Below are positions 37,783-47,409 of a stretch of DNA of 64,000 nucleotides, piece after piece. A program made the translations under genes and the position numbers. The stretch lies in assembly GCA_021604765.1 (NCBI GenBank), contig BQJP01000001.1:262226-326225 (forward strand). Direction: 5' to 3'. A model generated the notes under the pieces. The model was not told the DNA's origin. It made no database searches and saw nothing but the letters and a program-made list of their open reading frames with translations. The stretch comes from Thermodesulfobacteriota bacterium (GTDB lineage Bacteria > Desulfobacterota_D > UBA1144 > Nemesobacterales > UBA2774). The number at the start of each line of letters is the position of its first letter. The stretch's first letter is position 1.

Positions 37783-38790
37783 TCAGTTTTCTTCAGGTGT
37801 ACTCCATTGCATATTGGAAAAGTTAAGTGTCAAAGATGACGCATTTGTCAGATCCTCTATCGTAGAGAGTGCAGCTGGCTGTCTGCGGATTATCTCACCA
37901 GTACTTGTATTTGATTCAAACCACAAAAGCACTTCTTGTGTGGGTGTCATAGTATTTGATTGTCCACTATTTAACGGAATATCTTCAAAGTAGATTGATG
38001 TAATTGCTTGTGAGGATCCTACTAAAGTGAGCTGTTGAGCCAACGCTGCATATATGAGTTCTTCTGAATTGTTGACGAATCCTATTGAGTCAGGATTGTT
38101 TCCTGCCACAGGTTTTTCCAATATTTCATTCTTACCTAAAACTACGTCCTGACCCAGTGCAATATTTACTACATTGGTCTCAATATCAACTTCTGTTGTT
38201 TCCATCTCCCCTAGGTCTTCAGCTCCAAACACTTGGAACACTGGAGACCATTGGAATTCCATTAGTTGAGTGAGATTTTGTGTCGAGACGGATCGCCAGA
38301 TCACATTAAATGCTCCATTTACTTTTATCGCGATGTTCAGGTTTAACGACTTACTCATAACATATTCTAGGTCCTCAGGCAGTATCATTATTGAGATTGT
38401 TTTCACATCGTTGTTAGAGTTGATGGTCGAGCTTGCGTCAACTACGGTCTGCTGATACGGGACAAGCCCTCCGTGGGAAGGGCATTCTGCTCCCTGTTCT
38501 GCAGCATTAGCTTCTGCTCTCATAAAACGCTGTTCAAAATTCTCATGACAGTGCGCAATATCATCATCTGAGACATCTACCATATTGCGGTTCGCGTTCC
38601 TCTCTGCTCTAAGTAAACAGTTCACGTATTTGCCAGATGCCTTTAGCTTGCTGTTGTAGCACTGTGTGACTGCTCTGGCATCAGGCAGCATTCTTTGAGC
38701 ACTTGCGTTTGTAGAATAAAGCAGATTAAACGCTATTGCTGATAAGAAGAGTAAAACAGCGCAATACAAAAAAGTTTTGTTGTTCATCAT
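37783..38790 (-). CDS. Secreted hypothetical protein. Start revised to the MMNNK ATG at 38790.
   Basis: Signal peptide; RBS GAGGGGG. Confidence 0.4.
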   Translation of the reverse strand: MMNNKTFLYCAVLLFLSAIAFNLLYSTNASAQRMLPDARAVTQCYNSKLKASGKYVNCLLRAERNANRNMVDVSDDDIAHCHENFEQRFMRAEANAAEQGAECPSHGGLVPYQQTVVDASSTINSNNDVKTISIMILPEDLEYVMSKSLNLNIAIKVNGAFNVIWRSVSTQNLTQLMEFQWSPVFQVFGAEDLGEMETTEVDIETNVVNIALGQDVVLGKNEILEKPVAGNNPDSIGFVNNSEELIYAALAQQLTLVGSSQAITSIYFEDIPLNSGQSNTMTPTQEVLLWFESNTSTGEIIRRQPAALSTIEDLTNASSLTLNFSNMQWSTPEEN

Positions 38791-38896
38791 ATCCCCCTCT
38801 ATAAATATATTCATAAAAACTATAACCAAAATTTGTCTGTTTTGTGAAATGGGTTGTGCTCTATTCCAAAGAGTTCTTAAATGATGCCAGTGAGAT

Positions 38897-39958
38897 TTAG
38901 AGAATAAACGATCCTACTAAAATTATTACGAATAGAATAATAAAAGCCCCTCTGCACCAATAGTCCAATGTTTTAGCCTCTTTTTCTTTATCCCGGCCTA
39001 CAAGCCTGGCAACTATAGAGGTCTCTACCAGAACCGCAAACACCAAGAACATCGATCCGAACAAAAAGTAATCCATGTGGGTCAGATAGGATATCTTGGG
39101 CAGCAAGTTCCCCAGCAGAAAACGATAGGCTATTAATGTGAGTATTGCCGTAATTGCGATGCTGAATTTGGGTCCGATATGTGAAGGGTCAATAAATAGT
39201 ACGATTAAAGATATAAACACTATCATAATAAGTGGAACGAGGACTTTAATGAAATAAAACCCAACCAGCCTCTCTGCCTCAAACTGGAATACAACACCTG
39301 GCAAAGGGGGCAGTTTTGGTCCGACAATCATGGGCTCCGTAAATGTGTCCCAGCCTGTTATATCCCAATCTGTAACTGTCAGCACCTCGCTCATACCTGA
39401 TTTTTCTTCATTAATGCTGAATTTGATGTGTTGAGCATCTTTTCCTACAGTTACTATTTTGATCTGGAGAAAATGCTTATCAGTTGGGAAATCTTCAAGA
39501 TTCATTGGATACGACATGGTACCCCAGTAACGCTGCACGTAAGATACTGTGCCGTCGGGAAGAACTTGCACCTGGTCGGGAAATGTCTCAAAAAGTTTTT
39601 GCTGATTTAATATCTGTAAGTACGGAGTCCATATGTCCTCTGTTTTCATGATTCGAATATGGTCAATATCTGCTGCAAGACGAGGGTCTTTCCACTCTGC
39701 AATAAGTGCAAAGTTGGCGACAAATGATTGTTGCGCTCCATCTATGCCGTCAATGTCAATTACTATGATGCCGACCTTAATGGGTAGAGCGGTGTCTTGA
39801 TTCCCAGGGCGTACTTCTGCCAAATATTGCTCTTGTAGTTCTTCCTGTGCGTAAGGAGTATCTGCTGCTGAGATCATTAAAAGAAATAAGCAGCATAAAC
39901 TTAATAATATCTTTGAATAATTTTTATAAATTTTCATATTCAATAAACTCTCTGGCAA
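38897..39958 (-). CDS. Prokaryotic pentameric ligand-gated ion channel (Cys-loop receptor family homolog).
   Basis: AEWKDPRL (the W.D..L motif) and IWTPYLQILNQ (the iW.Pd..l.N motif) are present, plus C-terminal TM helices. Paralog of 47410..48447. Confidence 0.65.
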   Translation of the reverse strand: MPESLLNMKIYKNYSKILLSLCCLFLLMISAADTPYAQEELQEQYLAEVRPGNQDTALPIKVGIIVIDIDGIDGAQQSFVANFALIAEWKDPRLAADIDHIRIMKTEDIWTPYLQILNQQKLFETFPDQVQVLPDGTVSYVQRYWGTMSYPMNLEDFPTDKHFLQIKIVTVGKDAQHIKFSINEEKSGMSEVLTVTDWDITGWDTFTEPMIVGPKLPPLPGVVFQFEAERLVGFYFIKVLVPLIMIVFISLIVLFIDPSHIGPKFSIAITAILTLIAYRFLLGNLLPKISYLTHMDYFLFGSMFLVFAVLVETSIVARLVGRDKEKEAKTLDYWCRGAFIILFVIILVGSFIL

Positions 39959-40230
39959 AAACTAATGGACCCATCCTTCTATGACATTATGGTTATATAT
40001 ATTCTCGAGATTTGATTTATCTGTCAATATAACCATCCGTCATATATTAAGCTTAGGACATTATAACGGGTCTGTTTATAATTGGGAATTGATCTAAGAA
40101 ATATAAATTATGGCTTCTATTCTGTCTAAGTTGTGAGTTGGGTTAATTCAAATTCTCATAAGACGCGTTTGATCTATGTATTTGAGTTTCAGAAACGCTA
40201 TTAAGGTTCAAATGTCTCTGTGCAGAGCCA

Positions 40231-40575
40231 CTATTTGGTTAATTTTAGACCAGCTTTCATGTTAGGATGAAAACGACAGAAATATGATTTGTACATATCC
40301 TCTGTGACAACAATCTGCCATTTCCCATTTGCTTCAATAAGCCCTGAGTCCCAGCTCTCATCATTCGCCGTTACAGTATGGGGAACGAAATCATAGTTTA
40401 TCCAAGTGATTGTGTCACCAGGAGCAACTGTTAACTCATTAGGAGTAAAAACAAGATTTCGTATTTCAACTATATGTTCCTTAGGTTCTTCAGCTATTAC
40501 ATGAGTCACGGCACTCAATATAAAAACTGCAGCCACTATTGTGGCCACAGTCTTTGGAATTTTTAAGATACTCAT
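40231..40575 (-). CDS. Cupredoxin (type-1 blue copper protein, plastocyanin/pseudoazurin-like).
   Basis: Signal peptide. Copper-ligand pattern H...YFCRFHPNMKAG (C..H...M). Confidence 0.55.
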   Translation of the reverse strand: MSILKIPKTVATIVAAVFILSAVTHVIAEEPKEHIVEIRNLVFTPNELTVAPGDTITWINYDFVPHTVTANDESWDSGLIEANGKWQIVVTEDMYKSYFCRFHPNMKAGLKLTK

Positions 40576-41132
40576 TATGAACCTTTGTTAACAGCATCAA
40601 CCATTTTCTGGGCATGCTGCTCGTGACTCTTAAAGATTATAATTGCTTGCCCAAAGAGCTCTTTCATTTGAGCATTCTCAATGTTTGGAATAAACACGCC
40701 TTCTACCAAACTATTTACCGCTTGATGGTAGGCAAGCTCATTAGCTGCGTAGCGTTTATCAAATTCCGGTCCACTCAATGCGCTCATCTCTTCAACAAGC
40801 TGATCAGCCTGCTGGTTTAGCTGTTGACTCAGGAAGTTGTCCTGTGGCTGAGCACCAAGCTCTTTAAGAAGAGCTAATGCCTGCTCATTTACGCCAGTGT
40901 GGTCTCTGACCATTGTTTCAGCGAACTCAATAACGACTGGGTTCTTAGATTTAGCTAGAGCCAAATGCGCATAGCGGATATCAATGTTGTCTGCTGTGTA
41001 GGCGACATGTGCAATTTCCAGATCGTTAAGGTCTGCCGGAGATGGAGCTTTGTCCGCTCTCACCGGTAATGATAGGACTGTGAAAAACATAGCTACTGCA
41101 AATAATGCTAAAACTGATTTTAACTTACTCAT
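40575..41132 (-). CDS. DUF4142-like periplasmic protein; its stop overlaps the cupredoxin start (ATGA).
   Basis: Signal peptide. Remembered DUF4142 pattern FAETMVRDHTGVN. Confidence 0.45.
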   Translation of the reverse strand: MSKLKSVLALFAVAMFFTVLSLPVRADKAPSPADLNDLEIAHVAYTADNIDIRYAHLALAKSKNPVVIEFAETMVRDHTGVNEQALALLKELGAQPQDNFLSQQLNQQADQLVEEMSALSGPEFDKRYAANELAYHQAVNSLVEGVFIPNIENAQMKELFGQAIIIFKSHEQHAQKMVDAVNKGS

Positions 41133-41640
41133 AATGATAATACCTCCTTTGGGTCATTCTTTGTTGTTTTAGATATGCACTCAACGAAATAGATTCAATT
41201 GAATGCTGCATTGAAAATATGCTATTCGTTTTTAAAGTTGCATTCATGATTTATATAATTGCAACATCCATGCCATAGATAGGGCAAATTGCCGATATCA
41301 ATGCAACTAGCTGATATGACATGATTTAATCTGGGCTTTGACATGAGTTTGTACTAATTTATTCGTATCGAACTTACGATATAACGCGAAGTTGCGGTAT
41401 ATGGCAATATTTGGGCTGTGTAATAGAATTGTTTTTGATTTGCTCATAATAACTCCTCAAGCTGGTTGATTTTTGTGATGCATCCTAAAGCAAAAATTGG
41501 CATCGTTATATGTATAGAGTAGGAAACAATGAATTGGTTAAAGATTAAGAAGTTAGTTGCAGATTAAAAAAGAATGTAACCTTTAGCGGATTAAAGACTC
41601 TATATCTATATATAGTATGGTGTAAGCGAGTTCAGTCTAT

Positions 41641-42321
41641 ATGAATATTAATATAGAAATAGATAATGATACGATAGCTGATGAAGAAGTCGTAAGGCGA
41701 GTACTTGCTGGGGAAGTTGCATTGTTTGAAATAATAATGCGGCGCTATAATCAGCGTCTCTATCGGGTTACTCGAGGCATTTTAAGAGATGCAGTTGAAG
41801 CGGAAGACGTAATGCAGAATGCTTATGTAAACGCATACACTCACCTAAATCAGTTTGCCGGACTTGCAAAATTTTCAACGTGGTTGACCAGGATTGCAGT
41901 AAACGAGGCGTTGACTCATATTCGTAACCGTAAGCGGTTTGTTAATATAGATTCGACATATAATGTAGAAGAAGAAACAATGAACATCTTGTCACCAAAA
42001 ACACCTGACCCTGAAGAACAAGTGATTGCCAAAGAGTTAAATGTAGTATTGGAAGCTGCTGTTGACTCTCTTCCTGAGGCTTTCCGTTCAGTGTTCCTTC
42101 TGAGAAAGATGGAGGGAATGAGCACTGCTGAAACTGCAGAATGTCTGGATATAAGCGAACAAAATGTAAAAATTCGTCTTCACCGGGCTCGGGTCTTATT
42201 GAGGGAAGAGATAAGCGCAAGTATTAACCTTGCAGCTCCAGACGCATTTCAGTTTGGAGGTAAGCGTTGTGACCGTGTAGTTGTGAGTGTGCTTAAAAGA
42301 ATTAATTCTGGATTATTGTGA
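41641..42321 (+). CDS. ECF sigma-70 factor.
   Basis: Region 2 (DVMQNAYVNAY...FSTWLTRIAVNEAL) and region 4 (MSTAETAECLDISEQNVKIRLHRAR) are recognisable. Confidence 0.75.
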   Translation: MNINIEIDNDTIADEEVVRRVLAGEVALFEIIMRRYNQRLYRVTRGILRDAVEAEDVMQNAYVNAYTHLNQFAGLAKFSTWLTRIAVNEALTHIRNRKRFVNIDSTYNVEEETMNILSPKTPDPEEQVIAKELNVVLEAAVDSLPEAFRSVFLLRKMEGMSTAETAECLDISEQNVKIRLHRARVLLREEISASINLAAPDAFQFGGKRCDRVVVSVLKRINSGLL

Positions 42322-42363
42322 ACAAAAAAGGGGAGGGCACTATTAGCACCCGTCCCCGGTTGA

Positions 42364-42954
42364 TTATTCTGGTTCTGTTACTGATACTGCAACTGCTTCT
42401 GTAAAGCGGGCGTGTACAATGTCTCCCACTTTAATATTTTCCAGGTTTCCTATACTTGGGTCTACCTTAACTGCAGCCACAGTAGCGTCGGGGCCTTTTA
42501 ATTTTACCTTTCTGTTTTCTTTGTCGATTGCGTCTACTGTTGCGATTATCTCAACAACATCTATAGCAACCATGCCAGGTCTTTCACCTTTTTCTGCGGT
42601 GTGCATTATCTGATTTACAGATTCTCCGGGTTTATCACCGGGTGATCCTAGAAACAGAGCAACCGACTCGAAATACTCTACAGTTACGATGTCGCCTAGT
42701 GCTATCTGGTCAAAGTTCTTTACCTCCGGGTCAACTTCAATAGTCTGTACATTTCCTGCATCATCAGCAAGAATAATGATTCGTTCGTTTGCATTTATAG
42801 CCTGAACTGTTGCCTGCATCACGACAACATCGACGATCTTAACACCTTTTGGTCCCTTCTCAACTTCAACCATCTCCGCTTCCTGCGCATAGACGCATAT
42901 GGAAAAAAAAACGAGCATTAAGACGAATACTGATAAAGCAAGTAATTTCTTCAT
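42364..42954 (-). CDS. Secreted protein made of an internally duplicated domain of about 65 aa.
   Basis: Signal peptide. Two homologous halves (VKIVDVVVMQATVQAI.. and MVAIDVVEIIATVDAI..). Confidence 0.4.
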   Translation of the reverse strand: MKKLLALSVFVLMLVFFSICVYAQEAEMVEVEKGPKGVKIVDVVVMQATVQAINANERIIILADDAGNVQTIEVDPEVKNFDQIALGDIVTVEYFESVALFLGSPGDKPGESVNQIMHTAEKGERPGMVAIDVVEIIATVDAIDKENRKVKLKGPDATVAAVKVDPSIGNLENIKVGDIVHARFTEAVAVSVTEPE

Positions 42955-43125
42955 TGCTTCCCTCCTTACAGAAAAACTAAAAATTTGCTAAAACGATACC
43001 ATCATCACTAACAACATAGCAAATGATTCTAAATAGTTTTGGTTAAGATTTGATTAAAAAAGGGAACAGACACTGAAATAGCATCTACTCCCTTAGTAAG
43101 TTTTCATTTGATATGTTTAAATATC

Positions 43126-44076
43126 TTAAGCTATAACTTCCCTTCTTCTCATAACCATAAATCCAACTATGCCCAAAATACTTGCCATGGCTATTAGTCC
43201 CCATTCAGATAGTGTAGGGATTTCGCTTGGGTCCGGCGTAAAGGCAATCGCGTCCATGCCCAGCTCTGTCGGACCTATAACCGTCACTACGCCAGTGTTA
43301 ATGTCTAATGTCCCTATGAAGTTTTGTCTGGGAACCATAATTGTCCCGCCGCCACTTGTAATAGATAGATACAACACCCCTGTGGACTGGTCAAAATCCA
43401 TAGCGTTTGCCCTAGGAAGATCGTCGTCTGTAAGAGTTGGGTATGTGGGGTTTGATATGACATTGACATCCCCTGTGAGCTGATTAACCGTGTATAGAAC
43501 ATTAGTGCCCGGAGTATTGAAGTCCCCCACTAAATAATAGAGAGTATCCGTTGGAGAAAATGCCGCGGCATTACCACCCCCCGGCACTTGATTAATAATT
43601 GCTATCAGGGTGCTCAGACCCGTTTGGGTATTAATAGTAGTTAACCAGTTTTGAACCAAGCCCATGGTCTCGGTGCAGGGGCCCACAGGATCAAAGTTGA
43701 AACCAGTGGCAAAAAGTGTGTTATCACTGTTACGAAAAGACATGTCTGTCCAAGCTTCGCAATTATCGGTTGGTCCTATTTCTGTTCCCGCGCCTGAAAT
43801 AGTATTGATCTCGACAAGCACCGTAATGTCGGATCCGTCAGCCCTTTCACATATGGCAAACAAACGCCCTTGTGCATTAAAATCCATACTGCCGCAGCGC
43901 TCAAAACCAATTGGCCCCACAGCATTAGCAGCTCCAGTCTGTGTATTAATTATATGTAATGTGCTTAAGCCATCCCGCCCGATATGTGATATACCGTAAA
44001 GTGTCTGAGCCTGTACAGTGACACCCATCAAAACTAATGCAACTAAAGAAATAAAAGCATATTTAACCATTTTCAT
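43126..44076 (-). CDS. Secreted beta-propeller-like protein with an IPTL-CTERM tail. Start revised to 44076.
   Basis: The C-terminus is IPTLSEWGLIAMASILGIVGFMVMRRREVIA. RBS AAGGAG. Confidence 0.55.
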   Translation of the reverse strand: MKMVKYAFISLVALVLMGVTVQAQTLYGISHIGRDGLSTLHIINTQTGAANAVGPIGFERCGSMDFNAQGRLFAICERADGSDITVLVEINTISGAGTEIGPTDNCEAWTDMSFRNSDNTLFATGFNFDPVGPCTETMGLVQNWLTTINTQTGLSTLIAIINQVPGGGNAAAFSPTDTLYYLVGDFNTPGTNVLYTVNQLTGDVNVISNPTYPTLTDDDLPRANAMDFDQSTGVLYLSITSGGGTIMVPRQNFIGTLDINTGVVTVIGPTELGMDAIAFTPDPSEIPTLSEWGLIAMASILGIVGFMVMRRREVIA

Positions 44077-44289
44077 CTTACATACTCCTTTAACTTTCAT
44101 ATGTACACATTAGCTAATATAATTTAATCACAGTTAAAAATTTAAATCAAGAATTTATTGACCGGATGTCTGTATTTACCGCTATATTCTTCCAGTAAAG
44201 AAGGGGTAAAAATGCGTGGTTTTGTGATCCAATCGTAAGTGTAATGTGCTCTTGTTTAATAAGTGTAATTATTAACTCTGCTGGAATTG

Positions 44290-44330
44290 AAAAAGGGAGC
44301 CGGCGTAACTAGAGCCAGACTCCCTTTCAT
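44290..44330. terminator. GGGAGCC...CTCCC hairpin flanked by an A-run and a T-run.
   Basis: Downstream of 44357..44887. Confidence 0.4.
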
Positions 44331-44356
44331 AATTTTATTTGAAATGTTTTTAGTTT

Positions 44357-44887
44357 TTACGCAGTTACTTTCCTTCTTCTCATAGCCATAAATCCAACTA
44401 TCCCAAGAACTGCAGCCATGGCAATTAGTCCCCACTCAGATAGGGTAGGGACATTGCGTGGTGTAATGCTGTTTTTGAAAGTACAAATACCACTGGTATT
44501 TGGTTCAAGGCAATCCATAAATACACTGGCTTCTTCCTCATTAATTTGTAAAATGAGATTATTCGGATTCCCCTGGGTTATTTCGCAGACTATTTCATCC
44601 AGTTCCCAGCCATCAGGTACTGTTTCCATAAACGTAATTCCGGGCTCTTCAACTATAAAACCGAATACTACTCCACTGCCGTTCGGTATTTCGAAGATAC
44701 CACAACTTTCTCCTCCTTCGAATGTACAAGTAAAATCGAATAGAGTACCATCGTCGGGTATGGCCTCTTTTGTAAATTCTACAAAACAAAAAGGTTGAGC
44801 ATGAGATTTCGTTCCAACCACTAAAGAACCTAAACCAGCTAATATCATAAAAATAATAAGAGTTATTAAACATCGTGTATATTTCAT
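44357..44887 (-). CDS. Secreted Cys-containing protein with an IPTL-CTERM tail. Start revised to 44887.
   Basis: The C-terminus is VPTLSEWGLIAMAAVLGIVGFMAMRRRKVTA. RBS GGAGGAG. Confidence 0.55.
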   Translation of the reverse strand: MKYTRCLITLIIFMILAGLGSLVVGTKSHAQPFCFVEFTKEAIPDDGTLFDFTCTFEGGESCGIFEIPNGSGVVFGFIVEEPGITFMETVPDGWELDEIVCEITQGNPNNLILQINEEEASVFMDCLEPNTSGICTFKNSITPRNVPTLSEWGLIAMAAVLGIVGFMAMRRRKVTA

Positions 44888-45038
44888 TCTTCTCCTCCAA
44901 AGAAGCACCTTGATAAGCGGACACAAAGATAATAAACACTTAATATAGAAACTATTGACACACACTCCCTCGTGAATTTAGTACTTATATATATGGTGAA
45001 AAAAAGACTAACACAGTTTCAGATATAAATTCAATAGG

Positions 45039-45410
45039 CTATAAATGAACATTTGTTTGAAAAGATTTAGGTGTACAAAATGTTAAGGGAATTACAAAAG
45101 AAACTCCGAAAGCGCAGCGTTTGCCTTCAAAATCTCCAACAAATTTACATACACTTAGATCGTCGTCGTTAGGTTTTTGCACTATTTCATGAACGAGTAA
45201 ATGTTTCCCCGTCTCAAGCACTTTTAGATCATCCGCTCTAAGTGTCTCAGCGCTGTCTTTCCAAGGAAGCTCGGCGTCCTTCTTCCCAACTATCTCTTCC
45301 TCCGCCATACCCCTTAGTGCGTCATTAACCCAAAGATATGTTCCTTCCGCATCCTTTACCCAAAAGAAAAAGGGCATTTCGTTAAATACTTCAAGTTCTT
45401 TACTAGTCAT
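45039..45410 (-). CDS. Small PAS-like domain protein; paralog of 31921..32280.
   Basis: Shares the FNEMPFFFWVKDAEGTYLWVND motif with its paralog. Confidence 0.35.
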   Translation of the reverse strand: MTSKELEVFNEMPFFFWVKDAEGTYLWVNDALRGMAEEEIVGKKDAELPWKDSAETLRADDLKVLETGKHLLVHEIVQKPNDDDLSVCKFVGDFEGKRCAFGVSFVIPLTFCTPKSFQTNVHL

Positions 45411-45523
45411 TATCTTTCCTCCGTCTAAGTTTCAGTTTCTACTATAATGAATGATTATTATGATTTTGTTAATGCCTCCGAATTTCTCAAAATCAGGCTA
45501 TAATATTTATAATTACTATTAAG

Positions 45524-45949
45524 GTGAGGGAAATGAGAATAAATTCAAAACTGTTATTAATTCTACCTTTATTATTAGTACTGGCGCTTGCCGCTTGTGA
45601 TAGCAGTACCAATAGCAACGCTCAGGATACTGACACTGACAGCGCGTGCCCGTGCTTTAGCGCCCAGGATATAATGAATGAAGCAATGGGAAAAGACTTC
45701 TTTGGTTGTACTGTTATACCTTCGGGATTCTCAGTTTCACTAGACTTGTCTGAGGGAGAGACTGAGTTTACTATCGCCGTGTCTTGCGAGAGCGGAAGTT
45801 TCAGTTCCTGCCAATGTGTCGATGGTGTTAGCGGCGTTGCAAGCAGCGTTACTGAGGAGCAATACTTTGATTGTACTAATATAGTGGTCGAAGCTATTAC
45901 AACTGAGTTTGAGCAGGAGAGCATGGGTATGTGTCTGATTGCGAACTAG
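45524..45949 (+). CDS. Cys-rich lipoprotein, hypothetical.
   Basis: Lipobox LAAC; RBS GGTGAGGG. Confidence 0.4.
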   Translation: MREMRINSKLLLILPLLLVLALAACDSSTNSNAQDTDTDSACPCFSAQDIMNEAMGKDFFGCTVIPSGFSVSLDLSEGETEFTIAVSCESGSFSSCQCVDGVSGVASSVTEEQYFDCTNIVVEAITTEFEQESMGMCLIAN

Positions 45950-45973
45950 AGAACTAGTATAAGGCGTTGGAAA

Positions 45974-47341
45974 ATGGAATTCAAAGAGATAATGGCAGGT
46001 GTCTGGAGCGATGTTCAAGAACTTATGCCGGAGCACGTGGAGAGGCTCTCATGGACAAAGGATCAGGTAAGGGAGCACCAGACAAAGAAATTCAGAGAAC
46101 TACTCAAAACAGCTAAAGAGAAAACGAAATATTACAGTGAATTACTAGCCGATGTTGATATAGATAATTTCACACTTGAAGATCTGCACATACTCCCACC
46201 AAATGACAAAACGTTTCATATGGACAGATGGGACGATTTTGTGGCAGCTCCTGGCATAACGTATGAGGTTGTTGAAAATCACCTCGAAAAGCTAAGAAAG
46301 GGTGAGATAGATGATCCTTTTTATAATGATGAATATCTATTTGTTTCCACTGGTGGCTCAACAGGCAAAAGGGGTGTGTTTCTCTGGGATATGGAGTTCA
46401 TTTGCCAGATAATCTGCTACACTTACCGCTACATCCTTCATGACGAGATAAAAAACTCCTATGAAGGGCCTTTCAAACTGGCCACGGTTGAGGCCCCCAC
46501 GCTTCTACACGGAAGCCCATATGTATTTCCAAGTAAATTTGTAGCCGACATGGATCTTCTTAGTCTTGCTTCAACCGATCCTATTCCCGAAGTGTGTGAG
46601 AAGTTAAATGAATATCAACCGACTCACCTGATGGCATATGCTTCATCTGTAGGAGAATTAGCTGCTGCTCAACTTAAAGGAATGTTGGACATCCATCCTC
46701 GTTGGGTGTGCACCAATTCTGGCCCTCAGGATGAGGATATTCGGAACCGTACCATTAAGGCATGGGGAGTAAAAGCAAGCAATTCCTGGGGCTGTTGTGA
46801 GATAGGGCAGATGGCTATAGAAACGGAGTTTAGCCCTGGGATGGTTATATGCGCAGACGGTGCGATATTTGAGGTAGTAGATAAAAACAACCAGCCAGTG
46901 GATAATGTAGAAGACGCGGCCAAAGTACTAGCGACTAATTTAACCAACTTCTCTATGCCAATGATTCGCTATGAAGTTGATGATATTGTTGAGATTGGAG
47001 CGCCACTGCCTGAATATCCAGCGTACGGCACCGTTAAGCGGATTCTAGGAAAAGCTACTTTCTGGTTCCAGTATGGAGATATTAAAGTTCATCCGACTTC
47101 TTACAGTGATATATTAGAGGTAGAGAAAGAGGTTGAGGAATTTCAGATTGTCCAGACTGAAGAGGGTGCCCATATAAAGCTTGTCTGCAATGGCGAGCCT
47201 AATATTGCAGAGATGAAAGACACTATCTTAAAAAATCTAAATAAATACGGTTTGCATGATCCAATAATTAACTTCGAAGTAGTAGATTCCCTGCCTCGCC
47301 ACCCCGAAACAGGCAAAATCAAGCGCTTTATCCCACTTTAG
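45974..47341 (+). CDS. Adenylate-forming enzyme of the phenylacetate-CoA ligase / CapK / CoF390-synthetase type (PaaK-like).
   Basis: P-loop-like STGGSTGKRG. Size is about 455 aa. The family call is tentative. Confidence 0.4.
   Translation: MEFKEIMAGVWSDVQELMPEHVERLSWTKDQVREHQTKKFRELLKTAKEKTKYYSELLADVDIDNFTLEDLHILPPNDKTFHMDRWDDFVAAPGITYEVVENHLEKLRKGEIDDPFYNDEYLFVSTGGSTGKRGVFLWDMEFICQIICYTYRYILHDEIKNSYEGPFKLATVEAPTLLHGSPYVFPSKFVADMDLLSLASTDPIPEVCEKLNEYQPTHLMAYASSVGELAAAQLKGMLDIHPRWVCTNSGPQDEDIRNRTIKAWGVKASNSWGCCEIGQMAIETEFSPGMVICADGAIFEVVDKNNQPVDNVEDAAKVLATNLTNFSMPMIRYEVDDIVEIGAPLPEYPAYGTVKRILGKATFWFQYGDIKVHPTSYSDILEVEKEVEEFQIVQTEEGAHIKLVCNGEPNIAEMKDTILKNLNKYGLHDPIINFEVVDSLPRHPETGKIKRFIPL
47285..47338 (+). 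repeat. Left copy of a 54-bp direct repeat, the functional 3' end of the PaaK-like gene.
   Basis: 89% identical to 48506..48559. Confidence 0.7.
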
Positions 47342-47409
47342 ACAACTCATTGTCAGGGGGGGAAGGTTGATTGACATACAAATCTATATTTGTTAGTGTC
47401 TAAATTCTA

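Noticed and set aside
42364-42954. CusF-like copper chaperone for the duplicated-domain protein.
   Set aside because: It lacks the Met/His/Trp metal-binding residues typical of CusF. Only the small beta-rich duplicated architecture is similar.
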